Positions 39,011 to 51,380 of a DNA stretch of 64,000 nucleotides are shown here, one piece after another (position 1 is the stretch's first letter; each line of letters opens with the position of its first letter). The DNA is from Carcharhinus amblyrhynchos (lineage: Eukaryota). The DNA is taken from the NCBI GenBank assembly GCA_965287045.1, contig OZ336889.1:44082001-44146000 (forward strand), given 5' to 3'. The notes below the pieces were generated by a model. It did no database searches and had not been told where the DNA came from. It saw only the letters and a program-made list of their open reading frames with translations. Both the position numbers and the translations under genes were made by a program.

Positions 39011-39481
39011 CATTTACTTTGCTGAACTGAAGGCCATTAGTAAGTTGTATACTGTGATAATCACTGGCTAGATTTGAATAGTAGTTCATGGTTGTTTGGG
39101 TATTGAGTGTCTCAGCGGTGTATCGGATTATGGGAGAAAGAGATACATTTCCTTTTTCAGTCTTTGAGCGTCTGTGTGCCCGATGTTATTTTGCCGAGCT
39201 ATGCCATTGTTTTTGTAGTGTTTTATTATCTTTCTTCTACTTTAAATAAACACTGCTGTTTGTTGTTTAACTCTATTTTTGACCCCTCTCTCTATCTTGC
39301 ATTAAAACTGCAAATCCAGGGATGTTGAACTTCCATTATTGCCCGTTTATAAGCCAAGTTTCCGTTATAGCTACGATACCACGTTTCCATGTGTCCATCT
39401 GTGCCATCAGCTCTTTGACTTTATTTGATGTTTTCCTTGTATTTACAGAAATGCCTTATAACAGCGACAGGTTCTTATTTG

Positions 39482-40044
39482 ATAGTTCTTTCAACGACCC
39501 AACAAGTAAAACGAACTCAAATTAACTTAGGGACAAATTAAGAGGGGCAGCCCCCCAAAAAGGAAGGACGGGGGGAGGGGGGGGGGGGAATGGCCCAAAC
39601 AAAAATGAAAGTCGAATGGAAACTTAAAACATTAAATCAAAAGGTGATTGTCGGGGTCTATAATACACCCCAGCCCCTGCAGTGCCCAGCGGGCATGGAA
39701 GGGGATCCATCAAATAGTTCTTTAAACGGCCCAACAAGTAAAACGAACTCAAATTAACTTAGGGACAAATTAAGAGGGGCAGCCACCCCCCCCCCCCCCC
39801 CAAAAGGAAAGGGGCCGGCCCAAACAGAAACCAAAGTTCAAAGGAAACTGAAAACATTAAATCAAAATGTGATTGTAAGGGTCAATAACACGCACCAACC
39901 CCTGCGGTGCCCAGCGGGCGCAGAAGGCGTCAACTGCGCCCTTGGACACCGCATGCCCCCTCTCCAGGGACACCTGGCCGCGAACGTAGCCGCGGTAGAG
40001 GGGCAGGCAGTCGGGATGGACGGTCCCGTCGATCGCCCGCTGCC
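39482..40044 (-). mobile_element. Two tandem 3' ends of a probable Tx1/L1-clade LINE flanked by one TSD
   Basis: Minus-strand peptide ...DCLPLYRGYVRGQVSLERGHAVS...RWAPQG; 39482-39700 repeats 39713-39927; caggttcttatttg at 39468-39481 and 40045-40058. Confidence 0.7.
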
Positions 40045-40089
40045 CAGGTTCTTATTTGGTACACTTTTTAACCTGCGTTTCTTCCACTT

Positions 40090-40495
40090 TCAGAGCCACA
40101 GATTACGGGGTGACTTAATTGAGATGTAAAAGAGTGTGAGGTCTATTAGGAGACAAGCTAGACATGAAAGACTTGTTTCCCCAGCTGAGGCAATCGATTT
40201 AAGGTAATTGATAGAAGGATTAAATGGCACACGTGCAAAGCTTTTGCCTCACAGGTGATAGGGATCTAAATTCGCTGCCTAAGTTAATCGTTGAGGCTGA
40301 AACGCTCAACGTATTTATAAGGTATTTCGATCTGCATCTGAGATGCGGCAACCTGCAAGGCTTCGGACCAGGTCCTGTGAATGGAATTGAAATTAGCGGT
40401 GAGTTTATTTTCTCTCTTTCTTGTCTGGTGCAGACACAGTGGGCAGAATCATCTCTTTCTGCAATTTTACATTTCCATGTTACTATGTTTCTAAC
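40090..40495 (+). mobile_element. CR1 3' fragment
   Basis: RLRGDLIE motif and CR1-type 3' UTR. Confidence 0.6.
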
Positions 40496-41611
40496 CTTAT
40501 GTCTTAGAAATCTCATGTGCTCCTTCTGAAACTAACTGCTGAACTCCACATTTATGGGCTCAATTCTCCTGTTCATTTTGGAATGGGGGGGGGGGGGGAG
40601 CAATTCAGATTTACTGCTTTAGAAATCCTGATTTCAATCTCCTTCCCAAGTCTCTTAAAGTTGCTTTCAGGAACTCATTCCCTTTGTTAATTACGTCACT
40701 GGTATCAATGTGGACGACGACACCTGGCTGAAAATTTCCCCTTGTTCGAAGCTTTTGGTTCAAGATCTAAAAATTCTACTTCTAATAACTCAATTTCAAT
40801 AGAACAATTCAAGTCCCTTGCACTCTCGCAAACTATTTTATCTCGCAGTAATATTAACGTTCGCAATAATGAGGTTGCAATTTCAGTGTATTCCGCTCAC
40901 GTTGAAGGTTAGCTGTTATCGATGTGAATCGAACGCTGCAGATGTTTATCTTTGGTTCATTCAATTTTGTGCACAATATAAGTATACTTCTAAGTTAATT
41001 TTGTACGCCCCTTCTCAATGCAATGCTAGTGACTTTAAACACATTGCAACATCCATCTAAATAGGAATTCGGAAGTTGAACTAAGAATATGATTTCTGGG
41101 ACGATTGTTCAACACGTAAATTGGAATTGCAGAGCTACTGCACATTGCAGGAGATAGTTAATCTCAAAAGCTCTCAATCTCAATGTCAAAATCACCAAAC
41201 CGGATGGCGATAATGGGCTTCATTCTGCGGGCCAACCCAGGAGCTTTTCGTGTTTTTCATACCTAGTAGCAATTTCATTCTATTGGTTGAAAGCCTGATT
41301 AAAATTTAAAATTTCCAGCGAGCATGTCACGATATTTGGCACGAAGATAGATTCTCACCGAGATCACACAGAATAAGAGCAAATTATCAATGCAATTATC
41401 GGCACACTGTATTTCAATCAATATACAAACCTGATTTAGGCAATTTAGCAGTTTGATCGGTTTTATTATAGCCAATTGATTACTAAGTGTTCTTGCGAAT
41501 TCGTTACTTAGATCAAGCGTTTGGTGATTCTATCTAAATGAGCATAATTTTATTAAGAATAACATCTCGCGATTCAGATTTTAACTTAAATTGGAATGGG
41601 TTCACTTTCTG

Positions 41612-41860
41612 GCTTGGGTCAGTTTGCATATCCTCCATGGGGTTTCTTCTGGGTGCTCCGTTTTCTACCCACAGTCCAAAGATGCGCGGGTCAGGTTGAT
41701 TGGCCATGCGAAATTGGCACTTAATGTCAGTTGGACTATCAGGGTAATTACTTGGGACTAAAGGGATGGGAGCTGGGTGGGATTGTCGTCGGTGCAGACT
41801 CGATGGGGCGAATGGCTTCCATCTGCACTGTAGGGATTCTACGATTCTATGATTCTATGA
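41612..41860 (+). mobile_element. 5'-truncated V-SINE
   Basis: V core plus (attctatg)n tail. Confidence 0.75.
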
Positions 41861-41910
41861 ATATAATAAAAACAAGAGAATATTATCAACTGAGACATTG
41901 AAAGAATAAT

Positions 41911-41916
41911 TTTATT
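41911..41916 (-). terminator. Candidate polyadenylation signal, cluster 3
   Basis: tttatt on + (AATAAA on -), about 205 nt after the C3 stop. Confidence 0.55.
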
Positions 41917-42121
41917 AAACTGCAATGGCGCGAGAAGTGGGCGAATGCAAGATTTCCATGCCCTTGCCTTACACCCAATGGAATCAAAGACAAACTAGCT
42001 GGATAGTTTTGTTACAATTTCAAATACAACAATTATAACTGAAATCCAACTTTTAACTTCGAATCTTTCACGGTTGGAATTTTACTGTTGTCATTACTGA
42101 CGAAAACCAGAGATTATTGCA

Positions 42122-42444
42122 TCAGATACAATTTGACCTCTCTATAGTTGTTTTATGCGGGTTTGTTAAAGCCTCGTGTTTAACTACACAGGAGTAAAGT
42201 TCGTGAGATTTCCACTCTGATGCTGACAGAGTCAGATAACTGCTCACACTGAACGTGTTGTCCGCCTCCTGCTGGATCCGACTGGTCTCAACCCCATTCC
42301 CTCTGATGCTGCCATCCACAGTCCATTCAGCTTCCACAACTCCCTGTTTGAAGCCTTTCAGAAAACACACCAGGGTGGCCTTGTCCTTTTCTTTGATTTG
42401 ATCGGATGAAGGCGGAAGGAGTGAGACCGAGGGAGCCCGCGGTT
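42122..42444 (-). CDS. IGL: Ig light chain constant exon, cluster 3
   Basis: Acceptor tttctttctag|; EPRAPSVSLLPPSSDQIKEKDKATLVCFLKGFKQG...W...YSCVVKHEAL...SNCI*. Confidence 0.96.
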
Positions 42445-43149
42445 CTAGAAAGAAACATGAAAACAATGTGTGACGATCTACTGGGAATTAGATGCAAATA
42501 ATCGAAATGAAACAATTTACGTATCAGTATTTTTTCTATCTAACTGTGCGATTTCTATGTTGTAGAATGTAGGTTTCATAATGTACCTTAACTAATCACA
42601 GAGTCAGTAACTCTAGAAAACTAAGTAGCGTCACAAATGAGAATCCGAGGGCACCATGAATTTCGAAAATTGAAACGGACAGACTATTCGTCCTTATTTA
42701 AACGACATCTTGACCATCACTTCATGTAGTGTTAATGCAAGCCTACTCGTGACCAAAAAAAAGCAAACTTTCACTATTTGTCTTCCTTACATATTCAGTG
42801 CTAACCTGTCGGGATGGAAATTTAATACCGCTCAGCCTTTAATGGGCTATTTTGTACAAACAGCAGAGAAACTGGCCTTTCGCTTTAATCGATGGTGATA
42901 TTTTTGTGCCACGAAATTATCCTCTTCATCTAATATTATCTACAAATGCTTTGCTCGACTTGTCCCTCGTTCATCTGTCCAATTCCCCTAAAGATACTCG
43001 CGATGTTCCCCTTAACCCTTCCATGCTATGGCAAATTACACATCGTAAACATTCTCTGTGTTACTCTCGGATTCTTTACTGTGTCTCTTTCTGACTAACA
43101 TTTATGATTTCTATATGCTAGCAGCATAAAATTGCAAACACACTTGACT

Positions 43150-43500
43150 TCGGAATTGGGAGCAGAAACAGACAAATTCTGCCCTTCGAGCCGTTTTGGC
43201 CATTCAATCAGATCATGGTTTATTTTTCCCTTCTCTCTATCTCCCTATCTATTCTCTGTACCCCTTTATCTCTTTTCTTATCAAAAACAAATTTACCACT
43301 CTGCGAGTATTTCCTACACATCTCAGTTATAAATCAATTGCCTTCGAACCTACACCTATGACCTTTTTTTCAGGTTGCCCCAAAAGAAGAAACATTTAGT
43401 CTACGTTTAGTCTATCAAGCCCTTTTAGGTTTTGTACACTTCGAACGGATTTCCTCTCATCCTTCTAAACTCCAGCGGGTTAAACAATTTAATCTCTCCT
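43150..43500 (-). mobile_element. Decayed CR1 3' fragment in the cluster 3 J-C intron
   Basis: Reverse CR1 tail motif (ggagcagaa...cccttcgagcc...cattcaatcagatcatgg). Confidence 0.55.
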
Positions 43501-44026
43501 CCTACAATCTGTCTTCCAACAATTATTTGTGGTTTCTCCAAAAACATTGAACCTCAGGAAAAAAGGACCACTGTCTCGATCCATAAACCTTTCGGAAGAC
43601 AACACAATACTTTTTGCATTTTAACTCTAATTTCCTCAGTATCCGCTCTCCAAAATAGCACGCCAACAGCAGAAATTGTGCAATTTATATTACAATTACC
43701 AAACTAAACGCGGTGTATTATTATTTCTGATTAATTATAAGTGAAGTCGTGAATATATGACTGAGATGAAACACCTTGTTGAAAATGTTGCAGTAACTGA
43801 TCCGTATCCACGGACATTCAAGATCAGCGAATCGTCTCAGACAGTGTGCATGCTCCGCGGATTATTTAATGCCACCGCGTGGAGAAATTATAACATAATT
43901 GGGATTAAATCCTTCTTTATTATGTGTGAAAGCCGACACGAAGTGCTAACCACAGCAGGATTGTCTGAACGAAAGAGCATCGATATGATTCTTAGTCGCG
44001 TCCCAAGCAGATCAACATTATTATCA

Positions 44027-44064
44027 AATCATAGAACGAATCATAGAACGAATCATAGAACGAA
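44027..44064 (+). repeat. 12-bp tandem repeat (aatcatagaacg) x3
   Basis: Directly visible. Confidence 0.85.
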
Positions 44065-44353
44065 TGATCTATGATTTGAACATTATTATGAACCTATTCT
44101 GCTAAAACTGGACAAACACGATTGGACCCCATCTTCCTTTTTAAAAAAAATTCGTTGATTTTAGAACACCTATATTTGTGTGACATTTTCAGAGTTTTTG
44201 GCAAACAAAGCAGAAACACACTTCAGTCGAAAGGCCAAGAGATAATGAATGAATTAGCACTGTTTGTTCCAAAGCTCTGTGACTGGATCAATGCAGAACT
44301 CCAAAATAGGAAATTCAAGAATCTGAGATATAGATAGAGAAAATCGTACTTAC

Positions 44354-44704
44354 CTCCCACATACAGTTCAGTTCCTTTTCCGAAAATGTATGCAGCAGGG
44401 CTGCCACCCCAGGAGCCACAATAATAATCAGCGACATCCGAGGCCTGTACGTTGGTGATGGTTAAACGCATAACGTTCCTCGATGTGTCCCTGGATCCAG
44501 TGAATCGATCAGGAATCCCCGGACCTCTTTCAGAATTATTGTCGTACCAAATGAAGACAGGGGCACTGGCGGGTTTCTGCCAGTACCAGCTGGTGTAGTA
44601 GCTGCCCAAGCTGCCTCCGGACATGGTGCAAGTTATTGTGGCAGTTTTCCCCAGTGAAATTGAGATGGACGCTGGCTGAGTTAGCACAGGAGCAACGTTG
44701 GTGC
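44354..44704 (-). CDS. IGL: Ig lambda-like germline-joined V-J exon, cluster 3 (CDR3 GSWGGSPAAYI)
   Basis: Acceptor tttctctag|; APVLTQPASIS...ITC...WYWQKP...DYYC-GSWGGSPAAYI-FGKGTELYVG; donor G|gtaagt at 44353. Confidence 0.97.
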
Positions 44705-44854
44705 CTAGAGAAATAAAAGGAAATTAATGCTGAGCGACCCATCTGTAAATGGTGGGGAAATATTTCTAATTCAGATCCAACCAGTTCTAACACTGCCCCG
44801 GATCAACGGAATACAAAGATCCATTTTTAAATGTTTAACGAGCACCGGACTTAC

Positions 44855-44903
44855 ATTGCAAACAGCGCACCAAGGCGGCGAGAACACGAAGCCAGTCACT
44901 CAT
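44855..44903 (-). CDS. IGL: Ig light chain cluster 3, leader exon (MSDWLRVLAALVRCLQ)
   Basis: ATG at 44903, RVLAAL shared with leaders 1 and 2, phase-1 donor T|gtaagt, in frame with 44704. Confidence 0.88.
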
Positions 44904-44987
44904 TTTGTAGATTATTATCAATCTCAGAACAAAATGTTTCCCGACTCGAAACTAATTGTTCAACCGCTTCTGAACCTCTCTTTAAGG

Positions 44988-44995
44988 TTTATTTA
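44988..44995 (-). promoter_or_regulatory. TATA-like element of cluster 3
   Basis: TAAATAAA on the minus strand about 85 nt upstream of the ATG. Confidence 0.4.
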
Positions 44996-45327
44996 CGCCA
45001 CCGGATATGAAAGGCATCTGCCCCTTCGGCAAATTTCTAACACAACGCGACTGTTCATTGGACGTTTGGAAATATTCGGTTGATGTTCGTAAAAGCGAAT
45101 ATTAGGCATTTTTAATGTCTTGAATGGAGCATTCAAGACATTAACCCGTTGTCGTCCGATTTACTGAATTCATATGAAATCCCATCGGTTGATTTTAAGA
45201 AAAGAAATATGAAAGTGCATAAAATTTGTGACATGCACGACCAATTGAAAACCGTGCAAACCTGACAGGGAAAACTGAACAGTGCAATTTAATCGATTAC
45301 CCTTTGAAGCATTAAACTTTTTAATTT

Positions 45328-45632
45328 AGGCGGCACGGTGACGCGTGGTTAGCTGCCTCAGAACGCCAGGAACCCGAATTCAATTCCGGATTCGGGTAAT
45401 TGTCTGCGTGGAGTTTGCACGTTTTGCCCGTGTCTGAGTGGGTTTCATCCACGTGCTCCGCTTTCCTCCCATAGTTCAAAGATGTGCGGGTTATTGGCCA
45501 TGCTCAATTGTCCCTTAATGTCAGGGAGATTAGCAGGGTACATATGCAGGGTAACTGTGATTGCTGTGGATGCAGGCTCTGTAGGCCAAATGGCCTCCTT
45601 TTGAACTGTAGGGATTCTATGACTTTATGATT
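45328..45632 (+). mobile_element. V-SINE (HE1-like)
   Basis: tRNA-like head, V core, attctatga tail. Confidence 0.8.
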
Positions 45633-46339
45633 TGAAAGAACGATCAAGTTATAGCGTGGTGTCGCCTACAAGCATACCGTTGAATATCGCCTTTCTCCAT
45701 ATTCAATCCTCTGTGATTTCCATTTCCTTCAATTTAAGTCCTGCCGCAAACCGACGACCTGACTCATTTTAAAAACTCAACTACGTAAAGCACACACCTT
45801 TTGGTAACATTCCGTAAAGCAGTTCTTACAATTTGCGTTTAATTCTAGATTGGAATGTGGAGTGCATTTGAGAGAATAAATACCATCAATTTCGGTGCAG
45901 GGGGTTCCATATTGAACATCATAGAAAATTTGGAATTAGCAGACTGCTCTACCCGCTCTTGTGACAGACTGTCGCCTCGCACCCAGAGGTGATGCAAACT
46001 GTGCTTGCGCATTGAGGATTGACCTTTGTCATTGAAGTAAGTGCAAACGTTGTGAACTGCCAGCCTTTACTTCAGACGCAAAGAGGGATATTGAGAGGGG
46101 GCGTTGATATTAAGGGCAGATAATATTATAATTCATTCTGCTCTTTGCTGGCCTAGGAATGAGGACAAGAAAACCTGGGCAACTCTTTATTTCGTGTAAC
46201 ATTAAGTAATAGCATCAGTGAATTCCACCAATAGGTAAATGCTATATTTCAACGCTTTCTCGCTTTGGAGCGGAGCTTCCGAATTTGTGATGCTCGGGAA
46301 GGCTGAGTCATTCAAATTGCAGCATTCTCTCACTGACTT

Positions 46340-47230
46340 AATCCATCCAAACACACAGACCCCTACCACACCTGCATCACGGTATTCCACGACCACCATC
46401 ACCTCCACGCAGCATACAGCGCAGCGCACTAACAGGCGCCAGAGATGCACAAACAAATCGTATCAACTGATCCACACATTTCCCTCGACAAACACACTGT
46501 GCCACACAAGCATACTCGCACACTATCAAGATTGCTTCGCACACAGCCCTCCGTCTCCTGATGCATTCTCCCTTACCTTAGCCCCATGCAAATTCACCCC
46601 TCAAGAACTATCACTCTCATGCGCCCTTGGCCCACAGTAACAATACTTTACATAGGCATGCCTGACTCGTGCACAAACAAGCACACTTCATACTCCATCC
46701 TCCCCCATCTCAAGGACACACATGCACGGTCACACACAAAGAGTATCCTCCAGGCATAATCACTAAACCTGCCCCCACCTCTATACACGCAGACATCAGC
46801 ATTCACATAGGCTACTGCGCACCCCCCCGCAACCGCTCCCTTAACCACCCATCCCACAACGTCACATACACTCTGTCGCCTAGCCCGGTGTCTCCCGCCC
46901 CCCCCCCCCCCCCCCGACTTCCCCCTGTTCCCAGGAACTCTTCCCACCTGACACAACCGAGACACGTCCACCGCCTAACAGGAATACGTACCTTCCCTTC
47001 TCAAAGGTCCACTTCTGCCCACCACCAGCTCTGGCCCTCACCCCCGCCACCACCCCCCCCCCCCCACCCACACACACATGCACACATATTGACGTTATCT
47101 ATCTTCATTCACATTCCAACACCATGCAGCGCACATAATACCAGACGCAAACAGGAACACAGGCCATTCACACATATACAATTTTAACACGGACACGATC
47201 CTAAACTGCCAACACAGGCCTGCAAACACA
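46340..47230. repeat. C/A-rich low-complexity tract with poly-C runs
   Basis: Strong C/A strand skew; C runs at ~46898-46915 and ~47040-47070. Confidence 0.7.
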
Positions 47231-47989
47231 ATCAGTGCCTTGGTCTATTATCTTTCACCGTATATAACTGATTAAAGTATTTAGTTAAGGAGCAACCTTT
47301 AAGTAACAGAACGTGCAAATGATCTGTCATGCTGTTGGGGACATTTGCTCCATTTCCGAAGCATAATTAATTTGTTTCAGTTCTCTTGAGAAGCATGAAA
47401 GTTTCCTGAGGTCACGATAATCATTGCTGTGTTGCAATAAAAATTTAATGAAGTGCGTTATTCGCTCACCGATCTATAGGATCGATGTACAATTATCAAT
47501 GTAGAAAAGGATTCAGGATAATAAAGGGCACAGCTATAGTATCCTCTAGTAACTAGGCTCTACTTCGAAGTAACAAATAACAGCAAAAGGGTATGGGAGC
47601 AATACATTTGTTTGAAGTTTATAACGGCAACATGATGTTACAAATTATTTGCTGGTGTAATCGAATTAATGATCAATGGAAATGAAGGATTTTGATGAAA
47701 ACTTTTCCGAACTCTGTGGATTCTACAATATTCAGCGTATTTTGATCTCAGGCACATGGTCATATAGGTCTCTAATCTCAGCATCAGCACTTCCAGAAAT
47801 AGAAATGGCGACGACAACACGAGGCTTCCATAATTTAGTACGGCCTTACATGTACATCCAGGAATAGCAGGAAAGTGAGGTGAGCAAATGAAGGAGCAGG
47901 GAACACAGGGATATAGATGTAAGTGTTGACAACGTAGGGGAGGGATGTTGATGTGCAGCATAAATTCCACTTGTCCGCCTTCTCCCAGA

Positions 47990-48690
47990 GGCATTTACTC
48001 CCTTGTTGATCACCAAACTATCCTTTGAATGTACTCAATGATCCAGCCTCCACCTTTACCCGATATCCAGATTGCCAAAACGAGCGATCCTCAGAGAAAG
48101 CAAGTTTATCTCCATTACTATATTAAGTGGGAGACCTCTTAGTTTACATTAGGCCTCCCAGTTCTGAACTCCAAACAAAAGGGTAAACCTAGTGAGTGGA
48201 TCTGTCAGGTCCCCCTAAATCTTATATGATTCAATGTAGCCATCTCTCATTCCTTACATGTCCACAGTATACAAACTCAACCTGCCTAAACTTTCCTCAA
48301 AAGGCCACACATTCATTCCAGAGACCAATATATGGAACGGTCTCTGAACTGTCTCTAGTGAAAACATAGGGCTTCTTAAGTAGATCAAAACTGTACAATA
48401 CTCAGAGTGTGGTTTCAGCAATGTTTGGAACAGTTGTAGCAAGACAACCCTATATTCACAGTCCAACAACTTGCAGTTAAAGCTAACGTTCTATTTGATT
48501 TCCTAATTATTTGCTCGATCTGGACGCTAACGTTGCGCGATTCATGTATAAGGACAAACAGATTCCTATGTTTACTAACATTTCGCAGCATCTCTTCATT
48601 GCCATGATATTCTACGGTTTTATTTTCCCCGCTAGAGTGAGCGATCGCACATTTCACCACATTACTCATCTGGCATTTTGTCCAATCACT
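47990..48690 (-). mobile_element. Decayed CR1 fragment
   Basis: Minus peptides LLKPHSEYC..., QIEQIIRKSN... are CR1 RT-like. Confidence 0.6.
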
Positions 48691-50552
48691 TAATCGATTC
48701 TCATCTCTTTCTAGGATCCATAGAATCGCTACGGTACAAAAGGAGGCCATTCGGCCCATCGAGTCTGCATCAACCACAATCCCAGCAAGGCCACATATCC
48801 GTAATCCCAATTATTTACCCTGCTAATCCCCCTGACCCGAGGGTCAAATTAGCATGGCAATCAACATATGCCACACATCTTTGGACTGTGGGAGGGAAAC
48901 GGAGACCCCGGAGGAAACCCACCCAGATATGGGGAAAATGTGCAAATTCCACACAGTGGCCGATGTTGAACCCGACTTCCTGGCGCTGTGAGACAGCAGG
49001 TCTAACCACTACGCCAACCTTAAAATTTGGAAATATTTCTACCGGTATCTAGGCTCTGGCTCAAATAGACGAGATCCGTGGCGGGCGGGGTTTGGGGAGT
49101 AGAGTGCTCGGATAAATCTCCGCCCCCAGAAACAAAATGTCGGCGTGAAGCCAAGCTACATTTAGCAGCGCTTATTTCCGAAGGTCAACATGATGTTCCG
49201 TCGTTCATTCGGGCGGAAGTCGTGCTGTCTGGAGTCACCCATCAGTGTGAGTGGTTGGCAGCTCTATTTGTTCAGATAAGGCCAAACGGACGTGAGTGGC
49301 AGCTGGCGGCACCGTGGCCAAATAGTGAAGCCGAAGGCCTCGTTCCCGGAGCAGCTCTGTTGGAGGTCTTGGATCTGGTGGGTTTGGGACCGTTACGGAG
49401 GGGGGCAAACGGCTTGTGTAAGTGGGGAGCAAAAGTGAAGTAGTATAAGATAAGAGATGGGGCTACCCTGTAACTGACGAAGGGCAGCCTCAAAAGAGCG
49501 AACCGTTCCGTTCTTACCGCATTTAACCATTACAAATCGGGCTTCCTTCTTTCGACCTGCTATCCATGACAAGCGTATGACAGTTTATTATTATCATCAA
49601 GGGGCCTGATAACAAGCCGAATTGAACCTTAAATTGTCATTGTAAAATGGCGGGCGGTCTGCTGATTCTGGCACCCGGCCGCTCTCCACCGTATGGCGGC
49701 GAGAGCGGGGTGGGCGGAAAGATGGTGGGATGGGCGTAGTCGCCTCTGGATATACTTCCCCCACCCATCCCCCTCACCCCGCCCCGCGGTACATCAATGA
49801 CTATTTCGGCACTGCTTAATGATCTTGTCGGGGCCTGGAAAAAAATCAACATCGCTTCCAATTTCATCCCCTCTATCACCTATACATGGTTCATCTCTGG
49901 AACTTCCTTGACTTCCCTGTCTCCAATTTTGGAGATAGATTCTCCATCAATATCCATTAAAAGCCCAGCCACCAAAGACTACCTTGACTACAGCTCTTCA
50001 CACCCCACATCCTGTCAAGACTCCATTCCATTCTCGGAGTTCCTTTGCTTCCACCATATCTGTTCTGATGATGCCACTTTCCAAACTGGCGCTGTTGATA
50101 TGCCTTCCTGCTTTTCAAATCGTAGTTTTTCACCCACAGTGGTTGACAGGGCATTCAACTGTGTCTGACCCAACTGCTGGGCCACTGCTCTTCCCTCCGG
50201 GCTCCCCATTGTACTCACTTTAATTCCACCAGCTTCTAAATTGAAAGGGTAATCCTCTGTCATTTCAGCTAATTCCAACATGATGCCACCAATCACAGAA
50301 CTTCCCCTCACTACCCCTGACAGCATTTCGCAGGTGCCATTCCTTCTGGGTCACCCTGGTGCACTCCTCCATCACAACTAACACTCGCGCACCATCAACG
50401 ATTCCTGTGCAATCGTAGAAGGTGCAACACCTGCATCTCCATCTCCTCTCTGGTCACCATCCCAGGGCCCAAACATTCTTTTCTGGTAAAGCAGCGCTTC
50501 ACATGCACCTTCTTTAATCTGGTCTATTGCATGTCCTGCTTCTAAACACAGA
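48685..50552 (+). repeat. Older direct duplication, copy B
   Basis: Matches 37035-38900 block by block, including a minus-strand V-SINE at ~48717-49020. Confidence 0.85.
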
Positions 50553-51380
50553 CCGAGTTTGCAGAACACCCTCCGTCCATCCAGGAGCAGGCCCCTGACG
50601 TTCCCTCGCTTGCTTTTTCAATCCCCGGCAGATGGATTGCAGCTATTCAAGAAGGCGGCTCATCGCCATTTTCTCAAGGGAAACCAGAGCTGGGCAATAG
50701 CTGTTAGCCAGCTAGAGCCACCCATATTACACAAATGAATAAAAACGCACATGGCCCTGCTCTCTTTTCCACATGGCTGTCCTTGGCCTTTTGCGATACT
50801 CCGTAAACTGGAGGACCAGCACCTCCCTTTCAGATTAGGCTGTTTACAGTCTCCTGGACTGAACATTGAGTTCAGCAACTTCAGAGCATGAACTCTCCCC
50901 TCCACTTTAATTTCATCTACATTTATTGCATTTCTTCTTTTCGTTATATTCGTCTTCTTTATTATTTTATATTCTTTATTTTCTTACACTTCTAAAACCA
51001 CAGTTTCCATTTTGTTCCCCGTCCACCGCTCCAGCCCACGAGGATCATCTGCCCTTTTCCTATACACTGCACCTTTGTTCTGCCATTTGCAGATTCCGAT
51101 CTCTTATTGGATACTTATCAATATTCATACCTGCATCATCATTCACATTCGCTTTGCATTTTTGTTCATGCCATTATTCCTATCAATTACAGCATTCTTG
51201 CACCCCCCAACAGCATAAATCATGTCAGATTTTCCTTGTCTTCTGATGTGTCCAAGTGTCGTCCTGATTATACACGTCGTCTCTATTCTCTCTCCACAAG
51301 TGTTGCAAGACCTGTTGAGATTTCCCAGAATTTCCTGTTTTAGTTTCAGCTTCCAGCATGCGCAATGTTTCGCATTTATC
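49820..51380 (+). mobile_element. Penelope-like element (RT C-terminus, GIY-YIG remnant, 3' terminus)
   Basis: DYLDYSSSHPTSCQDSIPFSEFL...ICSDD motif; terminal sequence at ~51240-51375. Confidence 0.75.

Noticed and set aside
44027-44064. CRISPR-like or switch-like repeat
   Set aside because: Simple 12-bp triplication without spacers, in eukaryotic intron context.
46669-47187. 172-aa Pro/His-rich ORF
   Set aside because: Artefact of C/A-rich low-complexity DNA.
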